Shown one piece after another: positions 16,670 to 25,580 of a stretch of 64,000 nucleotides of DNA; the stretch's first letter is position 1, and every line of letters begins with the position of its first letter. The stretch comes from a virus (lineage: Duplodnaviria; Caudoviricetes), in the IMG/VR virus record IMGVR_UViG_2721755344_000003, positions 24,493 to 88,492 of that record. The stretch is one strand, 5' to 3'. The notes below the pieces were generated by a model. The model was not told the origin of the DNA. It saw only the letters and a program-made list of their open reading frames with translations, and did no database searches. A program made the position numbers and the translations under genes.

Positions 16670-17440
16670 ATGAGTAGAACAAATCCAAGATCGTCTATGC
16701 CTAATCCAGCCAAGAGATTTATCAAATGGAATGGAGAAAAAGGTGAATTCAGTTACTATGATAAGGAGAATAAAAAGGATGTGATCGTTCCTCTTCCTAT
16801 CAGTTTCCTTGTTCTTGATGAACTGGCAACAGTAACCGGATTTAATCAAAGAACCAAGAGTAATATTTACTCTAATGAGGTACATAATACTAATGATGAA
16901 CCTCTAAATGTCAGATGTTTTGGTGGTAAGGGTGGTAAAGGATATGTCCTTTCAAAAGGATTCTATTCTGACATTAAAGCATCTCTTTTGTCCCAGGCAA
17001 GAGATGTAAGATATACTAAAAGTGTATATGCTATCATGAAGAATGATAAAAAAGAATTTGAACTTGTCAACTTTCATTTTCATGGTAGTACTCTTAATGC
17101 ATGGATAAAGAAAGACTTTGATCCATTGAAATGTGCTATCATCATCAAGGCTTATCTGGAAGCAAAGACCGGATCTATAACATACAGATATCCCAAGTTC
17201 GAACAACTGGCGGTAAAGAAAGAAACTGAAGAACTTGCATTGAAATTTGATAAGGATCTTCAGGATTATCTGCGTGAGTATAAGAAAGCCCAGGTTGTCA
17301 CTGTTGAGACAGAAGAAGTGCCACCAGGGACAGTGACAGAAGAAGAACCTGAAACTACTCAGGAAGCACCGGAAGGTGATTTGACAGAAACAGTATATAA
17401 TCAAGGCACTTCAGGTACTGAAGACGATTTACCATTCTAA
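16670..17440 (+). CDS. Putative single-stranded DNA-binding/annealing protein
   Basis: NPAKRFIKW N-terminus; acidic disordered tail ending DDLPF (SSB-Ct-like). Confidence 0.65.
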   Translation: MSRTNPRSSMPNPAKRFIKWNGEKGEFSYYDKENKKDVIVPLPISFLVLDELATVTGFNQRTKSNIYSNEVHNTNDEPLNVRCFGGKGGKGYVLSKGFYSDIKASLLSQARDVRYTKSVYAIMKNDKKEFELVNFHFHGSTLNAWIKKDFDPLKCAIIIKAYLEAKTGSITYRYPKFEQLAVKKETEELALKFDKDLQDYLREYKKAQVVTVETEEVPPGTVTEEEPETTQEAPEGDLTETVYNQGTSGTEDDLPF

Positions 17441-17442
17441 CT

Positions 17443-18396
17443 ATGGAAGAAAAAATATTTGTATCCTCTAGTCTGATCCAAGAATTTCTTTATAAAGGTA
17501 ATTCAAAGGAATATTGTCAGAGATATGTGCGTGAGGTAATTCTTGAAAAAAAGTATAAAAAGAAGACGACAATGCCAATGGACGAAGGATTGTACTTTGA
17601 AACATTATGTCTTGGATCAGGCAGAGATGGTCAACAACTAACGGATCTTCCCAGGGGTAGACTAACCAAGGAAGAAGAACGTGAGATCATAATAGCACGT
17701 TCTGAAGGACGGATAGAACCAAAAGGCAAAATGCTAACAAGCCAACACAGGATTCTGAGTCAGTATAGAAGATTTGAGATAAAATGTGCCACACATCAAA
17801 TAAGTGTCATTAAGGGAATAAATACTCAAGTTAAGTTATTTAAACAATTCAAAGAAAATGAGAGAGTAATTCTTGTTGGCGATCTTGATCTATGTCCTAC
17901 TACCATATTGTTCAGAAAACCTCATCCAAAAACCAAACATAAGATGAATCTAACAACAATAGATCTTAAGTTAACGGGACATATAGATAATACATTTGGT
18001 AAGTTCTGTTATGGATCTCCTGATCAACTAGACGATACTCAAGGCAAAATGTATCATGAACTGGTAAGAGATCTGGATCTTGAGCTTAATGAAAAGTATA
18101 ATCCAGGCAATTTACTCAAACATCTATTTACTGAGTTTGTTCAGGAAGTGATATCTGCTGATCTGTATCTTTTCTATATATGGGTATTCGACTACAAGAA
18201 AGAGAAACTTGATGATAAATTCATTGAGATAGAATGGGATATTAATAAAAGAAGGGAATTGTATGAATGTGTCAGGAAAACAGTAGCCGAAGTTGATGAA
18301 GTGATGAAAGGATATAAAACTAATCCTATGAAGGAAACATGCGAATTATGTCCAGTAACAGATTGTAAAGACCGTTATGAATATGAAACCATCTGA
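17443..18396 (+). CDS. PD-(D/E)XK (RecE/Cas4-like) exonuclease
   Basis: GDLDL ... IDLKLT; C-terminal CELCPVTDC. Confidence 0.8.
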   Translation: MEEKIFVSSSLIQEFLYKGNSKEYCQRYVREVILEKKYKKKTTMPMDEGLYFETLCLGSGRDGQQLTDLPRGRLTKEEEREIIIARSEGRIEPKGKMLTSQHRILSQYRRFEIKCATHQISVIKGINTQVKLFKQFKENERVILVGDLDLCPTTILFRKPHPKTKHKMNLTTIDLKLTGHIDNTFGKFCYGSPDQLDDTQGKMYHELVRDLDLELNEKYNPGNLLKHLFTEFVQEVISADLYLFYIWVFDYKKEKLDDKFIEIEWDINKRRELYECVRKTVAEVDEVMKGYKTNPMKETCELCPVTDCKDRYEYETI

Positions 18397-18562
18397 TAAA
18401 ATAAAGATCAATATTAGGGATGAGGAACCCATGGATCTTGAAGATTTTGAAAAAGAGTCAAACTTTATTAAATATTATGGAAAACGCAACATTCGATTTC
18501 GAAAAGAACAATGTAGAAGTGATAACACTGGACACATTGAAAGGAACAAGGAACGAAACTGA
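18377..18562 (+). CDS. Hypothetical protein
   Basis: 61 aa; overlaps both neighbours; 3' part uncertain. Confidence 0.35.
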   Translation: MNMKPSDKIKINIRDEEPMDLEDFEKESNFIKYYGKRNIRFRKEQCRSDNTGHIERNKERN

Positions 18563-19352
18563 CTATGGATATCAACCTGTAAATGGAATATTGCATTATG
18601 ATTTCATCGATGCTATCCTGAATAAGATAAGCCAAAATGGTTTGGATGGCAAACTTGAAACTATATATGCAGGAAGGGGAGGATCCAGAACAGTCCCGGG
18701 AGTATCATTCATCGGTGATGTTAGTAGTGAAGGAAGCAAACGTGTGTTGAAAAATTATATCCTTCGCAGAGTGATAGGTAAAATACTTATCAGTAATTTG
18801 GCTACCGAAGAATATGTAGGAGCCGTGGCATTCAGTTATCATCAATTAGGATTGGAGATAGCTATTGGAGCAAACATCAGAGTATGCAGCAATATGAGTA
18901 TCTATGGTAAGCAATTTTTCTTCTCCACTTATGGTGATGATAAACTTCCTAATGTAAATAGATTATATGAAGTTCTTGATGATTACCTGGCTAAATATGA
19001 AGAGACCATGGCAATGCAAAAGAAATTTATAGATGGATTAAAAAGTATTGCATTACCAAGGGAACACGTGGCAGAACTTGTTGGTGATCTTACATTCTTA
19101 AGAATATCTCATGATAATAATGAGATGAAAGATCAGCCTAAATATCCATTAAACCAGAGTCAGATAGGTGCCCTGGCAGAAAAATACCTGGTAGAAGAAT
19201 ATAAGAAGAAATCTACTCAACCAATTCAGTTATATGATTTATATAACTATGCTACCAATATGTATAAACCTGGAGAGACAGACTTTCCTAACGTATTGGT
19301 ATGTAATTCCCGGTTAGGACAATATTTAATCGATAAGTTTAACCTAAATTAA
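18477..19352 (+). CDS. DUF932-like protein
   Basis: GANIRVCSNMSI motif; start at 18477 (MENATFDF) preferred over 18420. Confidence 0.65.
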   Translation: MENATFDFEKNNVEVITLDTLKGTRNETDYGYQPVNGILHYDFIDAILNKISQNGLDGKLETIYAGRGGSRTVPGVSFIGDVSSEGSKRVLKNYILRRVIGKILISNLATEEYVGAVAFSYHQLGLEIAIGANIRVCSNMSIYGKQFFFSTYGDDKLPNVNRLYEVLDDYLAKYEETMAMQKKFIDGLKSIALPREHVAELVGDLTFLRISHDNNEMKDQPKYPLNQSQIGALAEKYLVEEYKKKSTQPIQLYDLYNYATNMYKPGETDFPNVLVCNSRLGQYLIDKFNLN

Positions 19353-19359
19353 TTAGCCT

Positions 19360-19851
19360 ATGAATCTTAATGAATTTGATTTACAAGTAGTAAAAATCAA
19401 GGAGAACTCAGTATATGTAGAATATACATCTCCCAACAAACTTCACAAAGAAGATGTGGATATTCTTCCTCATCCGGATCTTATTAAAGAAGTTGGTAAA
19501 CTAACTCCTATCTTAAACAAGGTGTTTGAGAATAACCGCATGAAGGCTACAGGGATCTCTGTAAAGAAGTTGAATGAAGACAGACTTGTAACTATCACCG
19601 GTGTAATAACGTTTGCCTCTGGTAAGAAAAAAGGTATTAGCAGTGAAGGATTTCAGGCATCAGGATATTATGATTTTGAAGATAAATTGTTTGAAGTTAC
19701 TGATAACATAATCCTGGAAACTTACGCTTTTCTCTTTGATGAAAAGACAGGCGACAAACAAGGGAAATTATTTGATCCTGCTGATAAACCAAAAGATAAG
19801 AAATCTAAGGGTAAAGCAGCAGCTATCAAAGAGGAAGACGATCCCATATAA
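19360..19851 (+). CDS. Hypothetical protein
   Basis: 163 aa; followed by a terminator. Confidence 0.75.
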   Translation: MNLNEFDLQVVKIKENSVYVEYTSPNKLHKEDVDILPHPDLIKEVGKLTPILNKVFENNRMKATGISVKKLNEDRLVTITGVITFASGKKKGISSEGFQASGYYDFEDKLFEVTDNIILETYAFLFDEKTGDKQGKLFDPADKPKDKKSKGKAAAIKEEDDPI

Positions 19852-19881
19852 AAAATAGTTTAGGATGAGAAAGTTGGTACT

Positions 19882-19909
19882 GTGCCCCAGGGAGACTTGG
19901 GGCACTTTT
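19882..19909 (+). terminator. Rho-independent terminator
   Basis: GTGCCCCAG-GGAGAC-TTGGGGCAC followed by TTTT. Confidence 0.85.
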
Positions 19910-19920
19910 ATTTAAATATT

Positions 19921-20139
19921 ATGAATTTATCAGAAGAAAAAGAAAACATGGTGGTTGCCAGAAAAGTAGAACTTATACCATGGCCGGAATCACAAGGATG
20001 TATAGGATGTCAGTTTGCAGCACTTGTACATCAGAGTGAGACTATAGGATCCTCAACATATATTTGCCTTGCAAAAGACAAGTCAAAAGTATCATGTGAT
20101 AATCCTGATTCAATAAACTTACGCAATACTTCATTTTAA
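19921..20139 (+). CDS. Cys-containing small protein
   Basis: ATG at 19921 (the GTG at 19882 is within the terminator); CIGC motif. Confidence 0.6.
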   Translation: MNLSEEKENMVVARKVELIPWPESQGCIGCQFAALVHQSETIGSSTYICLAKDKSKVSCDNPDSINLRNTSF

Positions 20140-20144
20140 AAATC

Positions 20145-20312
20145 ATGAAAGAAGAACTATTAAGATTTGCTATATTGAATGGTATCAAAACGATGACATT
20201 ACAATTATCCAATGGTGAAACGTGGATCTTCAGAATGATAAATTCCTCGGTAGAAGAAAAAGTATATCAATTCTATCGTAAAGGAACTATACCAATAACT
20301 TATATTAAATAA
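20145..20312 (+). CDS. Microprotein (not in ORF track)
   Basis: 55 aa, MKEELLRFAILNG... Confidence 0.55.
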   Translation: MKEELLRFAILNGIKTMTLQLSNGETWIFRMINSSVEEKVYQFYRKGTIPITYIK

Positions 20313-20322
20313 TATAATTTAT

Positions 20323-20487
20323 ATGACACGAAAAGTAAAAATTTCTGTAATAAGTTCTAATGGTAATAGAAAATTTATCACTGTTACCTTAGAAGGTGGT
20401 TCTCCTTGGTTTGGGTTTATCTGGATTGATGATATGTTATTTACTATATATAAAACGTCAAGAAGTTTTAAAATCAAAAAAACATAA
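20323..20487 (+). CDS. Microprotein (not in ORF track)
   Basis: 54 aa, MTRKVKISVISSNG...; preferred over the antisense ORF 20319-20513. Confidence 0.55.
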   Translation: MTRKVKISVISSNGNRKFITVTLEGGSPWFGFIWIDDMLFTIYKTSRSFKIKKT

Positions 20488-20489
20488 CT

Positions 20490-20945
20490 ATGAAAATACC
20501 ACTTGAAAGACATAATATCGAAGGATTATTCGATATTGACGGTGAGTCAGAAGATCAAGCAATAGTCTGCCTGGATAAAAATGTAGAAGAACTTGAAATG
20601 GAATACATATCAGAATGTAAGGCACACGATGAATGCAAAAAGAAGTATGATGAGACATTAAGAAAACTTAAAGACCGAGAAGATACATCTATTAGATGGA
20701 GTGTAGAAGATTTCGTATTTCGTGCATTTGAATTGAAAAGGGATAGTGAGAATTGGGAAGAACCCGAAGAAGATTTTGATGATACAAATCTTGAAGATGC
20801 AAAGTTATATCTTAAAAAATATGATCCTGATAAATTCGAAGATGCTCTTTATGACATGATGCGTCATCATGATGCAACTATAGGTATTACCTGGGATACT
20901 GTTGATATTTATCTTGATGAAGACTGTTTAAAAGATAAAAAATGA
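20490..20945 (+). CDS. Acidic hypothetical protein
   Basis: 151 aa, D/E-rich. Confidence 0.75.
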   Translation: MKIPLERHNIEGLFDIDGESEDQAIVCLDKNVEELEMEYISECKAHDECKKKYDETLRKLKDREDTSIRWSVEDFVFRAFELKRDSENWEEPEEDFDDTNLEDAKLYLKKYDPDKFEDALYDMMRHHDATIGITWDTVDIYLDEDCLKDKK

Positions 20946-21364
20946 AAACTGATACTGTAGATCCGGCAAGATTGAGTACGGGTCATTGGGATCATAATAC
21001 TAACAAACAAATTGATGAAGGAGATATTGGTCGATCATACAGTGCTGACGTTATTGCTTCAGATAGTGCTTTTCGTAAACCATTTAAATGGAAGGATGGT
21101 TGGAGAATATCTGTTGGTAGTGTATCCATAGGACTCAAAATAGAATCTGTCAAAACATATCGTCTAGTTCCTTTTAACACTTACGAAGGTGAGAAATTTA
21201 CTTATGAAGAATCTCACAATCTTGATGATAATCATGTAAGTAGATTTAGTTATGAGGGGATGATAGTTAAGAAAGGGAAAGAACAATATATATTGACAGA
21301 ATTATTAATTCTTATTTCTGACGAAAAAAAGATCGAAACAACAAAACAATTAACACTATTTTAA
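20942..21364 (+). CDS. Hypothetical protein
   Basis: 140 aa; ends QLTLF (sliding-clamp-binding-like motif). Confidence 0.7.
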   Translation: MKTDTVDPARLSTGHWDHNTNKQIDEGDIGRSYSADVIASDSAFRKPFKWKDGWRISVGSVSIGLKIESVKTYRLVPFNTYEGEKFTYEESHNLDDNHVSRFSYEGMIVKKGKEQYILTELLILISDEKKIETTKQLTLF

Positions 21365-21365
21365 T

Positions 21366-21728
21366 ATGTGTTTTTATTATAACTCAACCATGAAACTTCA
21401 AACTGCCAAAAAGGATATAGTTTGTTATAAGGTTGCAAATCGACACCTTTGTGATTCAAGAACTTTCCAATCTTTCTATTATTATTATAACTATACTATT
21501 GGAAGAAAAGCATCCAAACGCACACCTCTTTGAATAATTTTCAATACTTGGGATCAAAATCATGGAAGAATAGATAGAGGATTTCATTCTTATATACATA
21601 AACCAAATCCTATTATAGAACAAAGAATCAAATGTATTATTCCAAAAGGTACTGAATATTATGTAAATTATAAAGATGGTACACGTGTAAGTACTGCAAT
21701 AAAACCAATTGAATATCTTAAAAATTAA
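21366..21728 (+). pseudogene. Conserved Bacteroidota-phage protein interrupted by an in-frame TGA (nonsense allele or readthrough)
   Basis: MCF...AKKDIVCYKV ... TGA(21531-33) ... GFHSY ... KCIIPKGTEYYV...VS continues in the same frame. Confidence 0.75.
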
Positions 21729-21733
21729 ATCAT

Positions 21734-22081
21734 ATGAGTTACTACACAGGTTATAATATAAGTTTTAATCCTGAACCAACTATAGAAGAATTTAATCAGA
21801 TATTAAAAGATCTTACAGAACTATCAGGATATTCTGAAGGAACATTTGATTCCAGACCACCTACTCCACCAGCAAGTTTCATATCATTATATACATCATG
21901 GTATGATTATGAAGAAAACATGATAGCAGTGTCAAAAAAACATCCAAATATATTAATGGAAGTTAATGGAGCAGGAGAGAATAATGATGATCTATGGACT
22001 GCCTGGTTCAAAAATGGTAAATACTATAGAACAGATGCTGAAATTATCTATCCTGTATATGATGAATCTAAAATGATATAA
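21734..22081 (+). CDS. Conserved phage protein
   Basis: WYDYEENM...SKKHP...GAGE...DLW...FKNGK pattern. Confidence 0.75.
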   Translation: MSYYTGYNISFNPEPTIEEFNQILKDLTELSGYSEGTFDSRPPTPPASFISLYTSWYDYEENMIAVSKKHPNILMEVNGAGENNDDLWTAWFKNGKYYRTDAEIIYPVYDESKMI

Positions 22082-22084
22082 TCT

Positions 22085-22333
22085 ATGAGTCTTGATCAAC
22101 CTACTGAAACTATCCGGATGAATAAATATCATTTCGATGATGTTTATAAAATTATTGATTATAGTCCATCCTCTTATAAAATTCAGAGATTCGATTCAAA
22201 ACAACCAAACGGAGTATCAACAATCTACCTTCCAAAATCTGAATGTAACATAGAACACTATCATAATGGAATGGTCATATTAAATATACCTCTATGGCTT
22301 ATTAGTAAATATCAACAATTCTTTAAAAGATAA
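22085..22333 (+). CDS. Hypothetical protein
   Basis: 82 aa; YLPKSE ... IPLWL. Confidence 0.7.
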   Translation: MSLDQPTETIRMNKYHFDDVYKIIDYSPSSYKIQRFDSKQPNGVSTIYLPKSECNIEHYHNGMVILNIPLWLISKYQQFFKR

Positions 22334-22473
22334 TGGGAAAAATAAAAACAGCAATGTTGCAATGGATGGAGGAAGAAAATCTGACTCCAGAGGATCTTGA
22401 AAATATGGATGATATCAATGAAAGATTTAAAGAATGGGTAGAAAAACATTTAACACCAGAACAAAATGAATGA
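22333..22473 (+). CDS. Microprotein (not in ORF track)
   Basis: 46 aa, MGKIKTAMLQWMEEE...; TAATG coupling. Confidence 0.6.
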   Translation: MGKIKTAMLQWMEEENLTPEDLENMDDINERFKEWVEKHLTPEQNE

Positions 22474-22669
22474 TCATATAAAAAATATTTGTAAGATAGG
22501 ACAAGGATATGATTGTTGCCGATATCTTATAGTAGGTCCCAATGGTTTTGAATGTGCAAAAAATACTTCTCTTTCCGTGCTACTTGATTCAAGAGTCGAG
22601 AATAAAACAATTACTGCAAGAGGAGATAATTGTAAAGGAAGAACCATTGAAGAATTAAATAAAAAATAA
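22466..22669 (+). CDS. Cys-rich small protein
   Basis: CKIGQG..CCRYL..G..GFECAK...ARGDNC. Confidence 0.75.
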   Translation: MNDHIKNICKIGQGYDCCRYLIVGPNGFECAKNTSLSVLLDSRVENKTITARGDNCKGRTIEELNKK

Positions 22670-22674
22670 TCCCA

Positions 22675-22860
22675 ATGAATGATCCAACAAATGAACATGA
22701 TGTTCCAGAAATTGAATATACTGAATGTGAAGGAACAGGTTATGTAGGTGAACTCGAACCTTGCTATACTTGTTGTGGCACAGGTAAAAGACCAATGAGC
22801 AATGACGAACTCGATACATTTAAAAACAATCAGAAATATGGACACCATGAAAAACTTTAA
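22675..22860 (+). CDS. DnaJ-type Zn-finger microprotein
   Basis: ECEGTG ... CYTCCGTG repeats. Confidence 0.65.
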   Translation: MNDPTNEHDVPEIEYTECEGTGYVGELEPCYTCCGTGKRPMSNDELDTFKNNQKYGHHEKL

Positions 22861-23176
22861 AACAGTAAAATTCCGTGAATGGAACTGCAGAATATCTTTT
22901 GACAGGTATCTTAATAACCGTATCGCTATACAATTGTACGATTTAGAAGACGGATCTCCTGTTGCCACAGCGACAGTTAATATTCCTGATCTTGATTTTC
23001 TCAACAAAGATGAAGTAATTATCAAGGACTACTCTGAGAATGAAGGAATGCTTGAAGCACTTATAAATGCAGACATTATATCTAAACCATTGTATTATGT
23101 ACTAACTAGTTTTGTAAAATGTCCTGTATGTAAATTATTAATAACTCCAGAAAATTATGAAAACGAAAACGATTAA
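22847..23176 (+). CDS. DUF4313-like protein
   Basis: YLNNRIAIQL...DGSPVATATVNI...KDYSENEG; start 22847 preferred. Confidence 0.6.
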   Translation: MKNFKTVKFREWNCRISFDRYLNNRIAIQLYDLEDGSPVATATVNIPDLDFLNKDEVIIKDYSENEGMLEALINADIISKPLYYVLTSFVKCPVCKLLITPENYENEND

Positions 23177-24026
23177 AAAAGAATTGAATAATGTCTATTC
23201 AAAATGGATAACATCAATAGATAATAAAGATCTTGTTGATCTTATCAAAAAAAATATTATTATCACCGGTGGATGTATTGCCTCAATGTTACTCGGTGAA
23301 GAAGTTAATGACTACGATATTTATTTTGCAACAGCAGAAACAGTTGCAAAAGTATCTGAGTACTATCTTAAGAAAGCACAAGAGATAGATAAAAGTCTGG
23401 AAACTGCCAGAATCCATTATTTCAATGACGAAAAAGTATTATGCAATATGGATGATTTCATCAATAGCAAACAAGGGAGATTAAAAATCTTCATTGAAGG
23501 TAGAGGATATATTTCATTTGATGGTAAAAAAAGAAAATTATACGAACCAATATTTATTTCTTCGAATGCTATCATGTTAAAAGGTAAGATCCAGGTTGTT
23601 CTCAGATTTTGGGGATCTCCGGCTGATATACACAAGAATTATGATTTTGTTCATTGCATGTCTTACTGGACACCAAGGGAACTTGTCATTCCGGTTGATA
23701 CAGCAATATGTCTATTGACGAGAGAATTAAAATATCAGGGAAGCAGATATCCCTTGACATCAATTATACGTACCAGGAAATTCATCAGGAGAGGATGGAA
23801 GATAACTGCAGGAGAATATCTTAAGATGGCAGCACAACTCCAGGAAATAGATTTATTTAATCCTTCCGTTTTGGAAGATCAACTCATAGGTGTAGATATT
23901 TCTTATTTCCTAATGCTTATAGATGAGATGAAAAAGGCTATAGAGGATTCAAAAGTTGAAATAATCAACTCGGCATACATAATCGATCTTGTTGACAAAA
24001 TCTTTAATAATGAACATGACGACTAA
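23157..24026 (+). CDS. Pol-beta-superfamily nucleotidyltransferase (CCA/poly(A)-polymerase-like head)
   Basis: ITGGCIASMLLGEEVNDYDIYF (GG...DxD) and downstream NYDFVHC. Confidence 0.75.
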   Translation: MKTKTIKKELNNVYSKWITSIDNKDLVDLIKKNIIITGGCIASMLLGEEVNDYDIYFATAETVAKVSEYYLKKAQEIDKSLETARIHYFNDEKVLCNMDDFINSKQGRLKIFIEGRGYISFDGKKRKLYEPIFISSNAIMLKGKIQVVLRFWGSPADIHKNYDFVHCMSYWTPRELVIPVDTAICLLTRELKYQGSRYPLTSIIRTRKFIRRGWKITAGEYLKMAAQLQEIDLFNPSVLEDQLIGVDISYFLMLIDEMKKAIEDSKVEIINSAYIIDLVDKIFNNEHDD

Positions 24027-24294
24027 AATGAAGAAGCAACCAATCATATCCAGGTTCTCAGGATCTATTATCATAGAGTTTAAGAATGATTCATGTGGAC
24101 TATACAAGAATCGTCATCTTGAAATTGTCAATATAGGTACTCAGATACGATTCTATGAAGTAAGAGAAGATAGAAAATTGGCATATTGTCTCAAAAAGAC
24201 AACGATAAGAGAACTGATAAAACTTCATAGACTACCTAATACTACTATCATAAGGAGAGCATTAAAAGGAGATAAATCAATCTTTAATAAATAA
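23989..24294 (+). CDS. Hypothetical protein
   Basis: 101 aa; true start may be slightly downstream. Confidence 0.55.
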   Translation: MLTKSLIMNMTTKMKKQPIISRFSGSIIIEFKNDSCGLYKNRHLEIVNIGTQIRFYEVREDRKLAYCLKKTTIRELIKLHRLPNTTIIRRALKGDKSIFNK

Positions 24295-24776
24295 TGAGAA
24301 AAAAAGAAGTAATTTATATTCAACAACAACTCAGATTTCAAAATGTTTCTGAGATAGGTATTCACTATATATCTAAAGGATCAAAGATCAAAATGATTAC
24401 CAGTAAAACAGTATATGAAAGATTATTCGACTGGTGGAGTAATACAATCAACATTACCGAATCATTTGCCGTAATGTTATTAAACAGAGTTAATAATGAA
24501 ATAGGAATATTTGAACTAAGTAGGGGTGGCATATCGGGTACGATTACTGATACACGATTAATCTGTGTTGTTGCATTACTTTCCGGAGCATCAGGTGTTA
24601 TCCTGGCACACAATCATCCAAGTGGAAGCTTAAAACCAAGCGAAGCGGACATAAATTTAACTGCCAGGATAAAAGAATCATTATCATTAATAGATATACA
24701 TCTTCTCGATCATCTCATTATTACTCCGGAAAAAAACCAATACTTTTCATTCACCGATGATGATTTAATTCTATAG
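24294..24776 (+). CDS. radC: RadC/JAB domain protein
   Basis: ESF ... ILAHNHPSGSLKPSEAD ... LLDHLII. Confidence 0.92.
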   Translation: MRKKEVIYIQQQLRFQNVSEIGIHYISKGSKIKMITSKTVYERLFDWWSNTINITESFAVMLLNRVNNEIGIFELSRGGISGTITDTRLICVVALLSGASGVILAHNHPSGSLKPSEADINLTARIKESLSLIDIHLLDHLIITPEKNQYFSFTDDDLIL

Positions 24777-24780
24777 TAAT

Positions 24781-24999
24781 ATGGAACAATTAAAAAAGAA
24801 CCAGGATTATAAGTATACAATTATTGCTCAATTTGCACAAGAGAATGAATGTGAGATAGAGAATTACGGAAACTTCATAATAGGAGAAAATCTTCTTATT
24901 TTAAGAGATGAAGATAATAGAATAATGTCATTCATACTTACTGGAGCAACATTCGATCATTCGATTTATACTTGTGTATATAATGATTTTGAAACTTAA
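24781..24999 (+). CDS. Hypothetical protein
   Basis: 72 aa. Confidence 0.6.
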   Translation: MEQLKKNQDYKYTIIAQFAQENECEIENYGNFIIGENLLILRDEDNRIMSFILTGATFDHSIYTCVYNDFET

Positions 25000-25115
25000 T
25001 CAACGCAACTTACTGCTGTTAGTAAAATAATCTGTATTTAAACAAGCATTCGTTTACCTTTGTTTAAACTTTCCTGGAAATACCAGGATCGTAATGTCTA
25101 ACTAAACTGATATAG

Positions 25116-25580
25116 ATGAAGAAGCTAATGTTACTTACTTTATCTATATTCCTACTTCTTTCAGTTATTTATCCCACAGTGTCATTCGATGCAGATAGAA
25201 GGTATTGTAAAACTCCTATGAAACATTTTTTCAAGGAAGACAAATTACTGACTGCTGTAATGAATGAAGAAAGTGGATTTAGTGATACTATAATAAACCG
25301 AAAGGAAGATGCGGTAGGAATATTACAGATAAGACCTATCATGCTGGATCATGTAAACTGGATATTAAAACAACAAGGAGATAGTTTACAATTTACATTA
25401 AATGATAGACTCGATTCAACAAAAAGTGTCAAAATGTGGTATATTGTACAAAAATGGGATAATCCCAAGTATGATCCACGTATTGCATGTTATCTATGGA
25501 ATGGTGGCATACCAAGATATAAAGAAATGAGTCATGCTTATTGGCTCAGAATAAAAGACAAAATAAACGATGATACATGA
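25116..25580 (+). CDS. Lytic transglycosylase (SLT/lysozyme-like) with N-terminal signal/TM segment
   Basis: AVMNEES (catalytic Glu), AVGILQI, WNGG motifs. Confidence 0.8.
   Translation: MKKLMLLTLSIFLLLSVIYPTVSFDADRRYCKTPMKHFFKEDKLLTAVMNEESGFSDTIINRKEDAVGILQIRPIMLDHVNWILKQQGDSLQFTLNDRLDSTKSVKMWYIVQKWDNPKYDPRIACYLWNGGIPRYKEMSHAYWLRIKDKINDDT

Noticed and set aside
21531-21600. Selenocysteine insertion at the in-frame TGA
   Set aside because: No convincing SECIS-like hairpin downstream and no redox-motif context
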